Shown here one piece after another: positions 56,336 to 64,000 of a stretch of DNA of 64,000 nucleotides; positions within the stretch are counted from its first letter, which is position 1, and the number at the start of each line of letters is the position of its first letter. Source of the stretch: Deltaproteobacteria bacterium (GTDB taxonomy: Bacteria; Desulfobacterota; Binatia; HRBIN30; JACQVA1). The stretch is from positions 4,951-68,950 of the forward strand of contig JACOST010000028.1 of NCBI GenBank assembly GCA_016178705.1, given 5' to 3'. A program made the translations under genes and the position numbers. Under the pieces are notes generated by a model. The model saw only the letters and a list, made by a program, of their open reading frames with translations, made no database searches and was not told the DNA's origin.

Positions 56336-57304
56336 TCAACGCAGACTCGCCAGGAACTCGAGTAGCAGCGCGTTGACTTCGGCGGGACGCTCTTGGTGAA
56401 TCCAGTGACCGGCACCGGGCAGCAGAACTTTCCGGTACAGCCGCGGCGCGGTTGTCTCCATCGCAGCGATGGCGGCGCCGAAGATCGCGACCACCGCGTC
56501 GCTCTCACCGCCGATGAACAGCGTCGGCTGTGGCAACGTGGCGCCAGCCAGGAATGACGTGCATTCCCACCCGCGATCGATGTTGCGATACCAGTTGAGT
56601 CCGCCGCGGAAGCCGGTGCGCTCGAACTCGTGCGCGAGGACGTCGAGATCCGCTTCGCTCACCCACGGCGGCAAGCTGTCGGGTAGCGAGAGGGTATCGA
56701 GAAAGCCCTCCGACCGAGTGAGGAACGGGCGCGCGCGTTGCTCCGGTGGCGGGTCACCGGAGAGCGAGTACAACATCATCAACAGCGTCTTGCGCGGGTC
56801 GGCGTTGAGTTCGGCGTCGGCGATGCCGGGGGTCTGAAAGTATTCCTGATAGAAGATCTGCTCGCCGGCGAGCAGTCGCATCAACTTGGTGGGTTGTATG
56901 TCTTGCCACGAGCGCTGGAGAAACGGCACGCTGAGCAGCGCGACGGCGTGGAACAGGTCCGGCCGCAACAAGGCGCAGCGATACGCGACCGGCGAGCCGA
57001 AGTCATGTCCGACGATGATCGCGCGCGTTTCCCCCAACGCCTGCACCAGGCCGACGATGTCGCCGCACAGTTGGAACATCTCGTACGCGGCGATCGGTTC
57101 GGGACAATCGGTTTGTCCGAAGCCTCGTTGATCCGCCGCCACCGCATGGAATCCGGCGGCGGCCAGTGCCGACAACTGATGCCGCCACGAATACCAGCAC
57201 TCGGGGAATCCATGACAGAGAACGACCAATGGCCCCGCGCCCTGCTCGGCGATGTGCATGCGGATGCCGTTGGTCTCAACGAAACGATGGGTCAGTGCAG
57301 TCAT
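56336..57304 (-). CDS. Alpha/beta hydrolase, epoxide-hydrolase-like
   Basis: HGFPECWYSWRHQ motif. GHDFGS nucleophile. Confidence 0.8.
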   Translation of the reverse strand: MTALTHRFVETNGIRMHIAEQGAGPLVVLCHGFPECWYSWRHQLSALAAAGFHAVAADQRGFGQTDCPEPIAAYEMFQLCGDIVGLVQALGETRAIIVGHDFGSPVAYRCALLRPDLFHAVALLSVPFLQRSWQDIQPTKLMRLLAGEQIFYQEYFQTPGIADAELNADPRKTLLMMLYSLSGDPPPEQRARPFLTRSEGFLDTLSLPDSLPPWVSEADLDVLAHEFERTGFRGGLNWYRNIDRGWECTSFLAGATLPQPTLFIGGESDAVVAIFGAAIAAMETTAPRLYRKVLLPGAGHWIHQERPAEVNALLLEFLASLR

Positions 57305-57347
57305 GGCGATAGCGGCGAGAGGAGAGTGAGCCGAGTCTTCCGGTTCC

Positions 57348-58814
57348 TCACACCCACGGTTCGACAGAGTCGGTCCGCACCATGTGCACCAAGTTGTCGC
57401 AGCGCAGGCCGTTGACGCGTCCGCGTTGGTCGCGCGTCAGCAGCAAGTACGCGGGCTCGTCGCCGGGCTTGTCGATCAGCATGAAGGCCACATCGGTGGG
57501 ATCGGCCGGACGGAGGCGGGCCCCGTCCTTCCATGTGCCCCGCCGCGAGTGCAGCACCAGACCCTGGCTGTCGGCGGAGATTTGGATGCGACCAATGCTC
57601 GAACTGACGCGGAAGCTCGTCAGCTTGCCCGGCGGCGCCTCATACACACCCGACGCACTCGCCCGCAGATCCGCATCGAGCGGCTGATTCGGTGGCGCTG
57701 CCTGCGGTTCGTTCAGCACCGCACGAACGATCGGTGTGAAGACCCGATCGGAGTCGTACAGAAAAACGTTCATGTGAATGATGATGGCCAGGCCGCGTTC
57801 GGCGACGACCAGCAGGTCGGTATTCCACCCGCCAAAGGTCTTGCCGCCGTGACCGAATGCCCGTGGTCGCGCGGAACGCGCAAACGCAAGCCCGGCGCTG
57901 TTCAGCCGCGCGTCGGGGCACCACTGCGGCGCCACCATCGCGGCGAACGCGGCAGGGCGTACGATACCGGCGCCATTGTTCAACAGCACCGCGGCATAGC
58001 GCGCCATGTCGGGAATCGTCGACTGCACGGCGCCGGCTGCCATCATCGGGCTCTCCGGCTCCCAGTGGTACTCGCCACGGATGTTGTGGCCATCGGCTGT
58101 CTCTTCGTGCGGCGGAGTGCGGCCGACGCGCTGGAACAAATCGGCCATCTCGGGCGGCAGCGGCCGATGATAGCCGGTCGCGAGTCGTGGATGAGATCGT
58201 TCGTGGCATTGAGTGTCGCGCATACCGAGCGGCGCGAAGATGCGCCGTCTCAGGATTTCGTGCAACGATGCCTTTTCCATGCGCATGAGAATCTCACCCA
58301 GCAGCGCGAAGCCGTGATTCGCGTAGGCCCATCTCGTTCCCGGCGCGGCCTCCACCACGATGCCATCCGCATAGGTCGCGGCAAAGTCGTGCGCGCGCGC
58401 CGAAGCCTGGCGGTGCGGATCCACGGAATCGGCCAACGCCGCGAGGCTCGGCGCTTCGCCGATGCCCGAGGTGTGAGTGAGCAAATGGCGAATCGCCATC
58501 GATTCCGCCGGGCCGTGGAAGACGACGTCCGTAAGCAACTCGGCAACACGGCTATCGAGCGACAAGCGCCCTTCATCGACCAGCGCCATCGTGCACAGGC
58601 CGACCATCGTCTTGGTCACCGAACCGATGCACTGACCGTGATCGGGCCGCATGGGTTGCTGGTGCTCGATGTCGGCAAAGCCGAAACCCTCACTGTACAC
58701 GAGCGTCTCCCCCGCAACCACACCGACCGCGATGCCAGGCAGATGGAACTGGGCGACGGCGGCAGCCACTGCGGCGCGAGTCCGTTCGCAGTCGCTGGAT
58801 GTGAACGAAATCAC
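57348..58814 (-). CDS. Serine hydrolase (beta-lactamase-related) with an extra C-terminal domain. The GTG start overlaps the upstream stop (GTGA)
   Basis: SVTK (SxxK) motif. The long upstream ORF extension is spurious. Confidence 0.7.
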   Translation of the reverse strand: MISFTSSDCERTRAAVAAAVAQFHLPGIAVGVVAGETLVYSEGFGFADIEHQQPMRPDHGQCIGSVTKTMVGLCTMALVDEGRLSLDSRVAELLTDVVFHGPAESMAIRHLLTHTSGIGEAPSLAALADSVDPHRQASARAHDFAATYADGIVVEAAPGTRWAYANHGFALLGEILMRMEKASLHEILRRRIFAPLGMRDTQCHERSHPRLATGYHRPLPPEMADLFQRVGRTPPHEETADGHNIRGEYHWEPESPMMAAGAVQSTIPDMARYAAVLLNNGAGIVRPAAFAAMVAPQWCPDARLNSAGLAFARSARPRAFGHGGKTFGGWNTDLLVVAERGLAIIIHMNVFLYDSDRVFTPIVRAVLNEPQAAPPNQPLDADLRASASGVYEAPPGKLTSFRVSSSIGRIQISADSQGLVLHSRRGTWKDGARLRPADPTDVAFMLIDKPGDEPAYLLLTRDQRGRVNGLRCDNLVHMVRTDSVEPWV

Positions 58815-59608
58815 CGCTGACCTCGCGCCGACAGGAAGTTGTCGACGATCTCGTTGAAGCGTTGCGGGCGCTCGAAGTACACCGAGTGTCCCGCTTGCGG
58901 TACCGACTCGATGCGCGCGTTCGTGAAGTGTCCTGCCGCCAGTTCGAGCGCGCGCGGCGGGATGACGATGTCCTCTTCGCCGATGACGAACAGGACGGGG
59001 TGCGCGAGCGCTGCGACGGTGCCGGGTGTCACGGTGCCGGCGGCGCGGATGATCTCGCCCATTTCGGCCAGCGTGCGCGCCGGGTTGAGCTCGCTGATCT
59101 GCTGGTAGAGAAAGTGCAGTGCCGGTTGCTCGCGATACATGCGGGCGCCCGCGGCGGGATGCACGCCTTCGGGAAGCGTTACGGCGTTGGTTTCCTTGCT
59201 GCTCCAGGCCGCGCCGATCTCGGGGGTGAGAAGACCGCCCGGGGTGTCGCACAACACCAGGCGGTCAACTCGCTCCGGATGTCGAATCGTGAATCCCAGA
59301 CACGTCCACCCGCCCATCGACTGCGCGACGAGATGGACGCGCGCCAGTCCGAGGTGATCGAGCAGGGCGCGCAAATCGTCGACGAACGCGGCGCCACTGC
59401 TGCCGCCGGGCTTCTCGATCGATTGTCCGAATCCGCGATGGTCGAAGGTGATGCATGTGAAGCGATCGCGGAAGTTCGGCACTTGCTGCCACCACGAGAG
59501 ATGGTTGCCGCCCATCCCGTGCGCGAACACGATCGCCGGCGCCGCGCCCGGCGGCGGGCCGTGCACTTCGTAGTAGAGATCGATATCACCGGTCGCGGCG
59601 AACGGCAT
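58811..59608 (-). CDS. Alpha/beta hydrolase
   Basis: AQSMGGW nucleophile elbow. HGMGGNHLSW. Confidence 0.75.
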   Translation of the reverse strand: MPFAATGDIDLYYEVHGPPPGAAPAIVFAHGMGGNHLSWWQQVPNFRDRFTCITFDHRGFGQSIEKPGGSSGAAFVDDLRALLDHLGLARVHLVAQSMGGWTCLGFTIRHPERVDRLVLCDTPGGLLTPEIGAAWSSKETNAVTLPEGVHPAAGARMYREQPALHFLYQQISELNPARTLAEMGEIIRAAGTVTPGTVAALAHPVLFVIGEEDIVIPPRALELAAGHFTNARIESVPQAGHSVYFERPQRFNEIVDNFLSARGQR

Positions 59609-59625
59609 ATGCGCGCGCCTGCGGG

Positions 59626-60639
59626 CTACGTCCGAGTGCCTGGCTCGACCAGCGCGTCGATGCGCGCGCAGTGTTCGTCGGGAATGCGCACGTTGAGTGC
59701 GGCGAGTCCGTCGTCGAGATGGCGCATGAGCCGCGGGCCGATGATCGCCGCGGTCACCGCTGGGTGGCGCAAGGTCCACGCTGTCGCGTACGCCGCCAGC
59801 GACGCGTCGACTTGCTTCGCCATGCCGACCAGTTCCTCGATTACTTCGAGCCGGCGCTGGCCGCGCGCGTTGGTGAGATCGAAGTTGTCGCGCACGAACA
59901 TGCCGAACTCGGTCTCATTCGTCGCGCGCGAATCCGGCGGTGGCGGCTGTCCCTTGCGGTAGCGGCCTGCCAGCCATCCCCCTTCGAGCGGGCTCCACAC
60001 GATCGCGCCGAAACCGAACTTTTCGCACACCGGGAAAATGTCGCGCTCCACTTCGCGCGAGAAGATCGAGTACGGCGGCTGCGTCGAGATGAAGCGCTCG
60101 AAGCTGTGCCGTTCGCTCAGCCACAGCGACTCGACCATACGCCAGGCGCTGAACTGGATGTCGGCGGGATCGGCGGCGTGCCCGGTCGAGACGCCGATGT
60201 AACGGAGCTTGCCCTGGCGGATCAGATCGGTGAGCGCGCTCAGCGTTTCTTCGATCGGCGTGTCGCGATCGTTGCGATGGAGTTGGTAGAGATCGATCCA
60301 GTCGGTGCCGAGCCGTCGCAAACTCTCCTCGACTTGCAGCATGATGTGCCGGCGCGAGGTGCCGCGATCGAGGATGCCGCCCATGCCGGGCATGAACACC
60401 TTGGTGGCGAGCACGACCGCATCGCGTCGTCCGCGCAGCGCTTTGCCGACAATCTCCTCCGACTCACCCCAGCAGTAGCGGTTCGCCGTGTCGATGAAAT
60501 TGATGCCTTCATCGAGCGCGCGATGGACGATGCGCGCGCAGTCGTCGTGATCCGTATTACCCCAGCGCCCGAACATCATCGTGCCCAGGCAGAGCCGCGA
60601 GACCTTGAGTCCAGTGTGACCGAGTCGATGATAGTCCAT
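59626..60639 (-). CDS. Aldo/keto reductase
   Basis: LGTMMFG...IDTANRY...GVS AKR signatures. Confidence 0.9.
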   Translation of the reverse strand: MDYHRLGHTGLKVSRLCLGTMMFGRWGNTDHDDCARIVHRALDEGINFIDTANRYCWGESEEIVGKALRGRRDAVVLATKVFMPGMGGILDRGTSRRHIMLQVEESLRRLGTDWIDLYQLHRNDRDTPIEETLSALTDLIRQGKLRYIGVSTGHAADPADIQFSAWRMVESLWLSERHSFERFISTQPPYSIFSREVERDIFPVCEKFGFGAIVWSPLEGGWLAGRYRKGQPPPPDSRATNETEFGMFVRDNFDLTNARGQRRLEVIEELVGMAKQVDASLAAYATAWTLRHPAVTAAIIGPRLMRHLDDGLAALNVRIPDEHCARIDALVEPGTRT

Positions 60640-60708
60640 GGCGACGGCTTGTACTCCAGATGGAGAGTGGAACTCAACGCGCTGGTCGCGTGCCCGCCGG
60701 CTGGGTCT

Positions 60709-60844
60709 TGCGCAAGACGGCCCTCGATACGATCGCTTCGCGATCTACTCGGGCAAACGGGCATTGGGCAAACACCGCTTCCCCGAGTAGGCGCACCGAG
60801 TAGAAGCCGAAGGCTTCGTATCGAGGTGCGGCGTATCGAGGGGC
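60709..60844. repeat. ~140-bp structured dispersed element (copy 2)
   Basis: Same sequence as 43979..44127 with a variable central segment. Confidence 0.8.
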
Positions 60845-60864
60845 ACCCGCAACGAGGCGCGACA

Positions 60865-62076
60865 CTACATCCGCTTCGCCACCGTCTCCAGGTGCTCGAT
60901 CTGGCCGTCGGCGCGCTGATGGAGAACGTCGTTGTAGCTGCTCTCGCCGCGGTGATGGCGGGCATCGGGTCGGGCGAAGGAGACTATGGCGCTGATGCGG
61001 TAGCCGTCGCGTTGGTCTGCCCTTGGCGGCGGCGCCGAGTGAACGGTATCGCTGAAGTGCAGCGAGACGTCGCCGGGCCGAGCGCGGAAGTGCGCGGCGT
61101 ACGCTGTGATGTCGCGGCGCGGGTCGTGGGCGTTGAACGCCGCCTGGTGCGACCCCGGCAGCATCGCCAACTCGCCGGTCTGCGGCGTTGCGTCGGTGAG
61201 ATACACAGAGATCACCAAAGTCGGGCACACGACCGCGTGACCGCCCATCCCACAATCGCGGTGCCACGGCAGATCGCCAAGGCCCTCAGTCACGTCAGGG
61301 TTCTTGAAGATCACGGTGACGCCCTGGCCTTCGCCCTTGCGGTAGACGAATGATTCGTCGGCAAGGTCTTTGAGGTTCAACAAGCGCGGGTCTGTCGGCA
61401 GTGTTGCTAGCTGAGGCTTGGCAACCCCGCGAGTGACCCGACACAAGACCTCGTTACCTGCGGGGGTCTTTCCCCACCACGACAGCTTGTCGCCCTGACG
61501 TGCCTCGCGTTGCAACTGGCGGGCTTCGTCGAGAAATGTCTCCAGTTCTTCAGCGCGAAATACGTCGCGCACGAACAGATAACCCGCGGTGCGGAGGAAG
61601 TGCGCCATCTCATCACGGTCCGACGCGGGAGAGAACGTCGCCTGCGGATCGAGGACGCGTCCGCTGCGATCGTGCAGCGCTTGCGTGGTCGGATCATACG
61701 GCGGACGACCATTGTAGAGAGCGCGCAATGCCGACTCCCACGCCATCAGGTCGACCGCGTTGCCACGCACGCAGCGGACCCGGCCTGCATACAGCAGTCC
61801 GGCGGGCGCTTCCAACTCGTGAACCAATCCCTGCCACGCGTCGAGATCCATCTCGATCACCGTATCCGCGCCGTCATCTCCGCGAGTGACGTCGATGCCG
61901 TTCTCTCCAACCCGATAGGTATACGCGGTTCCGGCCGGTACTCGCAGCGCGATGCTGCTGAGACCGGCGGCGGCACGCGCCGCAAATTCCGCGCGCCCCG
62001 CGGTGAGGAGCGCCGGGAGCGCTTCGTCGTGGAAGCGGTTGAAGTCGATCGCAGCAAAACCTGCAGGCAGTGCCAT
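60865..62076 (-). CDS. Phytanoyl-CoA dioxygenase (PhyH) family Fe(II)/2OG oxygenase
   Basis: LPWHRDCG (HxD) and a distal His. Start MALPAGF chosen inside the 797-aa spurious ORF extension. Confidence 0.7.
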   Translation of the reverse strand: MALPAGFAAIDFNRFHDEALPALLTAGRAEFAARAAAGLSSIALRVPAGTAYTYRVGENGIDVTRGDDGADTVIEMDLDAWQGLVHELEAPAGLLYAGRVRCVRGNAVDLMAWESALRALYNGRPPYDPTTQALHDRSGRVLDPQATFSPASDRDEMAHFLRTAGYLFVRDVFRAEELETFLDEARQLQREARQGDKLSWWGKTPAGNEVLCRVTRGVAKPQLATLPTDPRLLNLKDLADESFVYRKGEGQGVTVIFKNPDVTEGLGDLPWHRDCGMGGHAVVCPTLVISVYLTDATPQTGELAMLPGSHQAAFNAHDPRRDITAYAAHFRARPGDVSLHFSDTVHSAPPPRADQRDGYRISAIVSFARPDARHHRGESSYNDVLHQRADGQIEHLETVAKRM

Positions 62077-62155
62077 CGGCGTGGGGATCCCTTTCACGCC
62101 GGCTATAACACAGGCATCGCAAGCGACGAAGGGAAGGAGGGGTCCTGCGTTCGAA

Positions 62156-62187
62156 ATTCCGCAATCCGCATTCCGCAATCCACAATG
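62156..62187. repeat. AATCCGC-like heptamer array, followed by the hairpin gggctgcgggcgtcagcccgc
   Basis: attccgcaatccgcattccgcaatccacaatg. Confidence 0.75.
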
Positions 62188-62198
62188 GGCTGCGGGCG

Positions 62199-64000
62199 TC
62201 AGCCCGCGCTGAGCGTCCAGCGCTCGAGCCACTCGACCAGGCGCCGGTTGTAGTCGAGGCGATGGCTCGGCCGGCCGCTGACGACGAAGGCGTGGCTGCT
62301 GCCGGGGTAGCGCACGAACTGCGTGGGAACCTTGCCCGCCAGTTGCAACGCGGCGAAGAACTCTTCGCTCTGACTGATAGGACAGCGATCGTCGGCTTCG
62401 CCGTGCAGCAGCAATGTCGGCGTCGTCGCGCGCTCGGCATAGTTCAGCGGCGACAAGCGGCGATAGGTCTCGCGGTCTGTGAAGAAGTTTCCAAAATTCC
62501 ACTCGTCCACGAACGCGCCGAGATCCTGGGTGCCGGAGGCCGACTCGAGATTCGTCAGTGGCGCTCCGACGACCGCGGCTTTGAAGCGGTCGCTGTGCGT
62601 GATCATCCACGCGGTCATATATCCGCCGTAGGAGTAGCCGCACACGGCGAGACGATCGGCATCGACGAGCCCTTCGGCAATGAGCGCATCGATGGCCGCC
62701 ATCTGCTCGGGGAGATCGTATTGGCCCCAGCGCGCGCGCAAGCTGTGATTGCACGCTCTGCCGTACGATCCCGAGCCGCTCGGGTTGAGCGCGAGCACCG
62801 CCCAGCCGCGCGCCGCCAGTGTCAGCCAATACAGGCAACGCGGAAACGAGGCGCCGACGAATCCTTGCGGACCGCCGTGAATGTCGACCAACAGCGGTGC
62901 CGGGCGTGCGGCGGTGAGCGGGTGAATCACGAAGCCGTCGATGTCGCCGTGCGGGCCGGCGAAGCGGCGGCGCTCGACGCGCGGCAGCGCGATCTCGCCG
63001 AGCAGCGCGTCGTTGACGTGTGTGAGTTGCCGCTCGCCGGAACCGTCGAGCGCGCAGACGCACACGTCGCCGACATTGACGGGCGAGCTGACGACGAACG
63101 CGATGCGCCCCGCGGCCGGCCGGATGCTCGGATTCAGCACGTGCCGCTCGCCGTCGAGCACCGTGCGAACGGTGCCGCGCGCAAGATCGCAACTTGCGAG
63201 GTGTACGTTGCCAGCGTCGGCAATCGAGAAGAACAGCGCTGTGCCGTCGGCCGACCACACTGGAGGTGGACTAACCAAACTACCCAGGGCCGGAACCTCG
63301 CGGTCGAACTCCGCTGTGTGTGGCCGTGCCTTGCCACCGTCCGCTGGCACCGTCCACACCCAACCGAAGAAATCCGCGGCGCCCTCAGAGCCGTAGAACG
63401 CGATCGTCTTGCCGTCGGGCGACCACGACGGCAACGACACTGTCGGCGGTTGCTCAGTGATCCGGCGCGCGCCGCCGCCATCGCTGTCGATCGTCCACAA
63501 ATCGAACGCGTGCGAATCCATCAGACCCGTGCGCGAGGCGGCGAAGGCGATGCGCGCGCCATCCGGCGACCACGCCGGTTGCCAATGCGTGCGATCGTCG
63601 CTGGTCAACTGGCTCGGGTCGCCGCCGTTTGCGGCGACGACGAAGAGTTGCAAGCGCGCCTGCAACAGAAACCCGGTGCCGTCGAATTTATAGAGCGCAC
63701 CATCGACGACTTTGGGGCGATTGCGCCAGCGCTCGAACCCGTCGTGGTCCTTCGGTGGCGGCTCGAGTACAACCGGGGCGGCGAACAGGATTTGCGATCC
63801 GTCCGGTGACCACTGCGGCTCGCCGGCGCCCGCCGCTAGTGTCGTCAGCTTGCGCGGCTCACCGCCGTCGCGCGGCATCAGGTAGATTTGCGCTCGGCCG
63901 CCGTCGCGATCGGAAAGGAACGCGAGCGTCTGACCATCCGGCGACCAACGCGGCGCGCGATCCGTTTTAGGACCGCGGGTAAACCGCACCGGCTCTGTAC
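62199..64000 (-). CDS. S9 family serine peptidase (PD40 beta-propeller plus prolyl-oligopeptidase/acylaminoacyl-peptidase domain), N-terminus beyond window end
   Basis: WSPDG repeats. GYSYGG nucleophile. C-terminal Asp/His. Confidence 0.85.
   Translation of the reverse strand, partial: TEPVRFTRGPKTDRAPRWSPDGQTLAFLSDRDGGRAQIYLMPRDGGEPRKLTTLAAGAGEPQWSPDGSQILFAAPVVLEPPPKDHDGFERWRNRPKVVDGALYKFDGTGFLLQARLQLFVVAANGGDPSQLTSDDRTHWQPAWSPDGARIAFAASRTGLMDSHAFDLWTIDSDGGGARRITEQPPTVSLPSWSPDGKTIAFYGSEGAADFFGWVWTVPADGGKARPHTAEFDREVPALGSLVSPPPVWSADGTALFFSIADAGNVHLASCDLARGTVRTVLDGERHVLNPSIRPAAGRIAFVVSSPVNVGDVCVCALDGSGERQLTHVNDALLGEIALPRVERRRFAGPHGDIDGFVIHPLTAARPAPLLVDIHGGPQGFVGASFPRCLYWLTLAARGWAVLALNPSGSGSYGRACNHSLRARWGQYDLPEQMAAIDALIAEGLVDADRLAVCGYSYGGYMTAWMITHSDRFKAAVVGAPLTNLESASGTQDLGAFVDEWNFGNFFTDRETYRRLSPLNYAERATTPTLLLHGEADDRCPISQSEEFFAALQLAGKVPTQFVRYPGSSHAFVVSGRPSHRLDYNRRLVEWLERWTLSAG

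Noticed and set aside
57348-59252. 634-aa ORF suggesting a much longer serine hydrolase with an Arg-rich N-terminus
   Set aside because: The N-terminal 146 residues are the reverse-frame shadow of the upstream alpha/beta hydrolase gene. A GTG with a GAGG RBS at 58814, overlapping the upstream stop (GTGA), gives a normal-length beta-lactamase-family protein.
60865-63258. 797-aa ORF upstream-extended PhyH gene
   Set aside because: The N-terminal ~390 aa are low-complexity Arg-rich sequence overlapping the S9 peptidase on the same strand in another frame. The PhyH domain starts at MALPAGF (62076) with a plausible RBS.

Overview
This is a 64 kb window of very GC-rich (~68%) bacterial chromosome that is densely coding on both strands. 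Many six-frame ORFs on the opposite strand of real genes are artefacts of stop-codon-poor sequence. Content in order: (1) 1-10.4 kb, a minus-strand respiratory supercluster actABCDEF plus an ActG-like gene, then SCO1/SenC, then caa3-type coxB, then coxA, which is truncated at the window start. (2) 10.7-17.7 kb, housekeeping and catabolic genes: a patatin-like lipase, a VOC protein, an acyl-CoA dehydrogenase, xthA, a DUF385 deazaflavin-type reductase, tag, a CaiB-family CoA-transferase and a GNAT. (3) 17.7-28.2 kb, the most unusual region: two tandem two-gene modules, each a ~1200-aa AAA(AAA_16-like)-TPR regulator with an uncharacterised ~200-aa C-terminal domain, followed by a secreted dockerin-like protein. 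Each target gene is preceded by a near-identical TGAACAGTGTTCA palindrome. (4) 28-37 kb: a GT2 glycosyltransferase, a PLP-dependent decarboxylase, an MFS transporter, a nitroreductase and a cyclase, then an ECF sigma / zinc-type anti-sigma module. That module is flanked by two LTXXQ (CpxP/ZraP-like) periplasmic proteins with His-rich and Met-rich motifs, plus an unannotated 50-aa acidic secreted peptide. (5) 37-44 kb, an aromatic/xenobiotic-type cluster: a crotonase, Rieske dioxygenase alpha and beta subunits, an LLM flavin oxidoreductase, an alpha/beta hydrolase and a beta-lactamase-like hydrolase. (6) 44.7-49.1 kb: a 1493-aa protein with zinc-ribbon, Ser/Thr-kinase, AAA, TPR and adenylyl/guanylyl-cyclase domains whose ATPase-TPR core is paralogous to the two regulators, followed by vapBC. 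(7) 50-64 kb: OmpA, an AsmA/DUF748-like giant, periplasmic proteins, a hydrolase / aldo-keto reductase / PhyH cluster, and an S9 peptidase that runs off the window end. Intergenic regions carry several dispersed repeat families: a GGGCGACGCATGCGTCGCCC palindrome (8 copies at 5 loci, three as inverted pairs); TAGGCAG, AATCCGC, 9-mer and 13-mer tandem arrays that often abut stop codons; and a ~140-bp structured MITE-like element (2 copies). No rRNA, tRNA, CRISPR array or transposase was seen.
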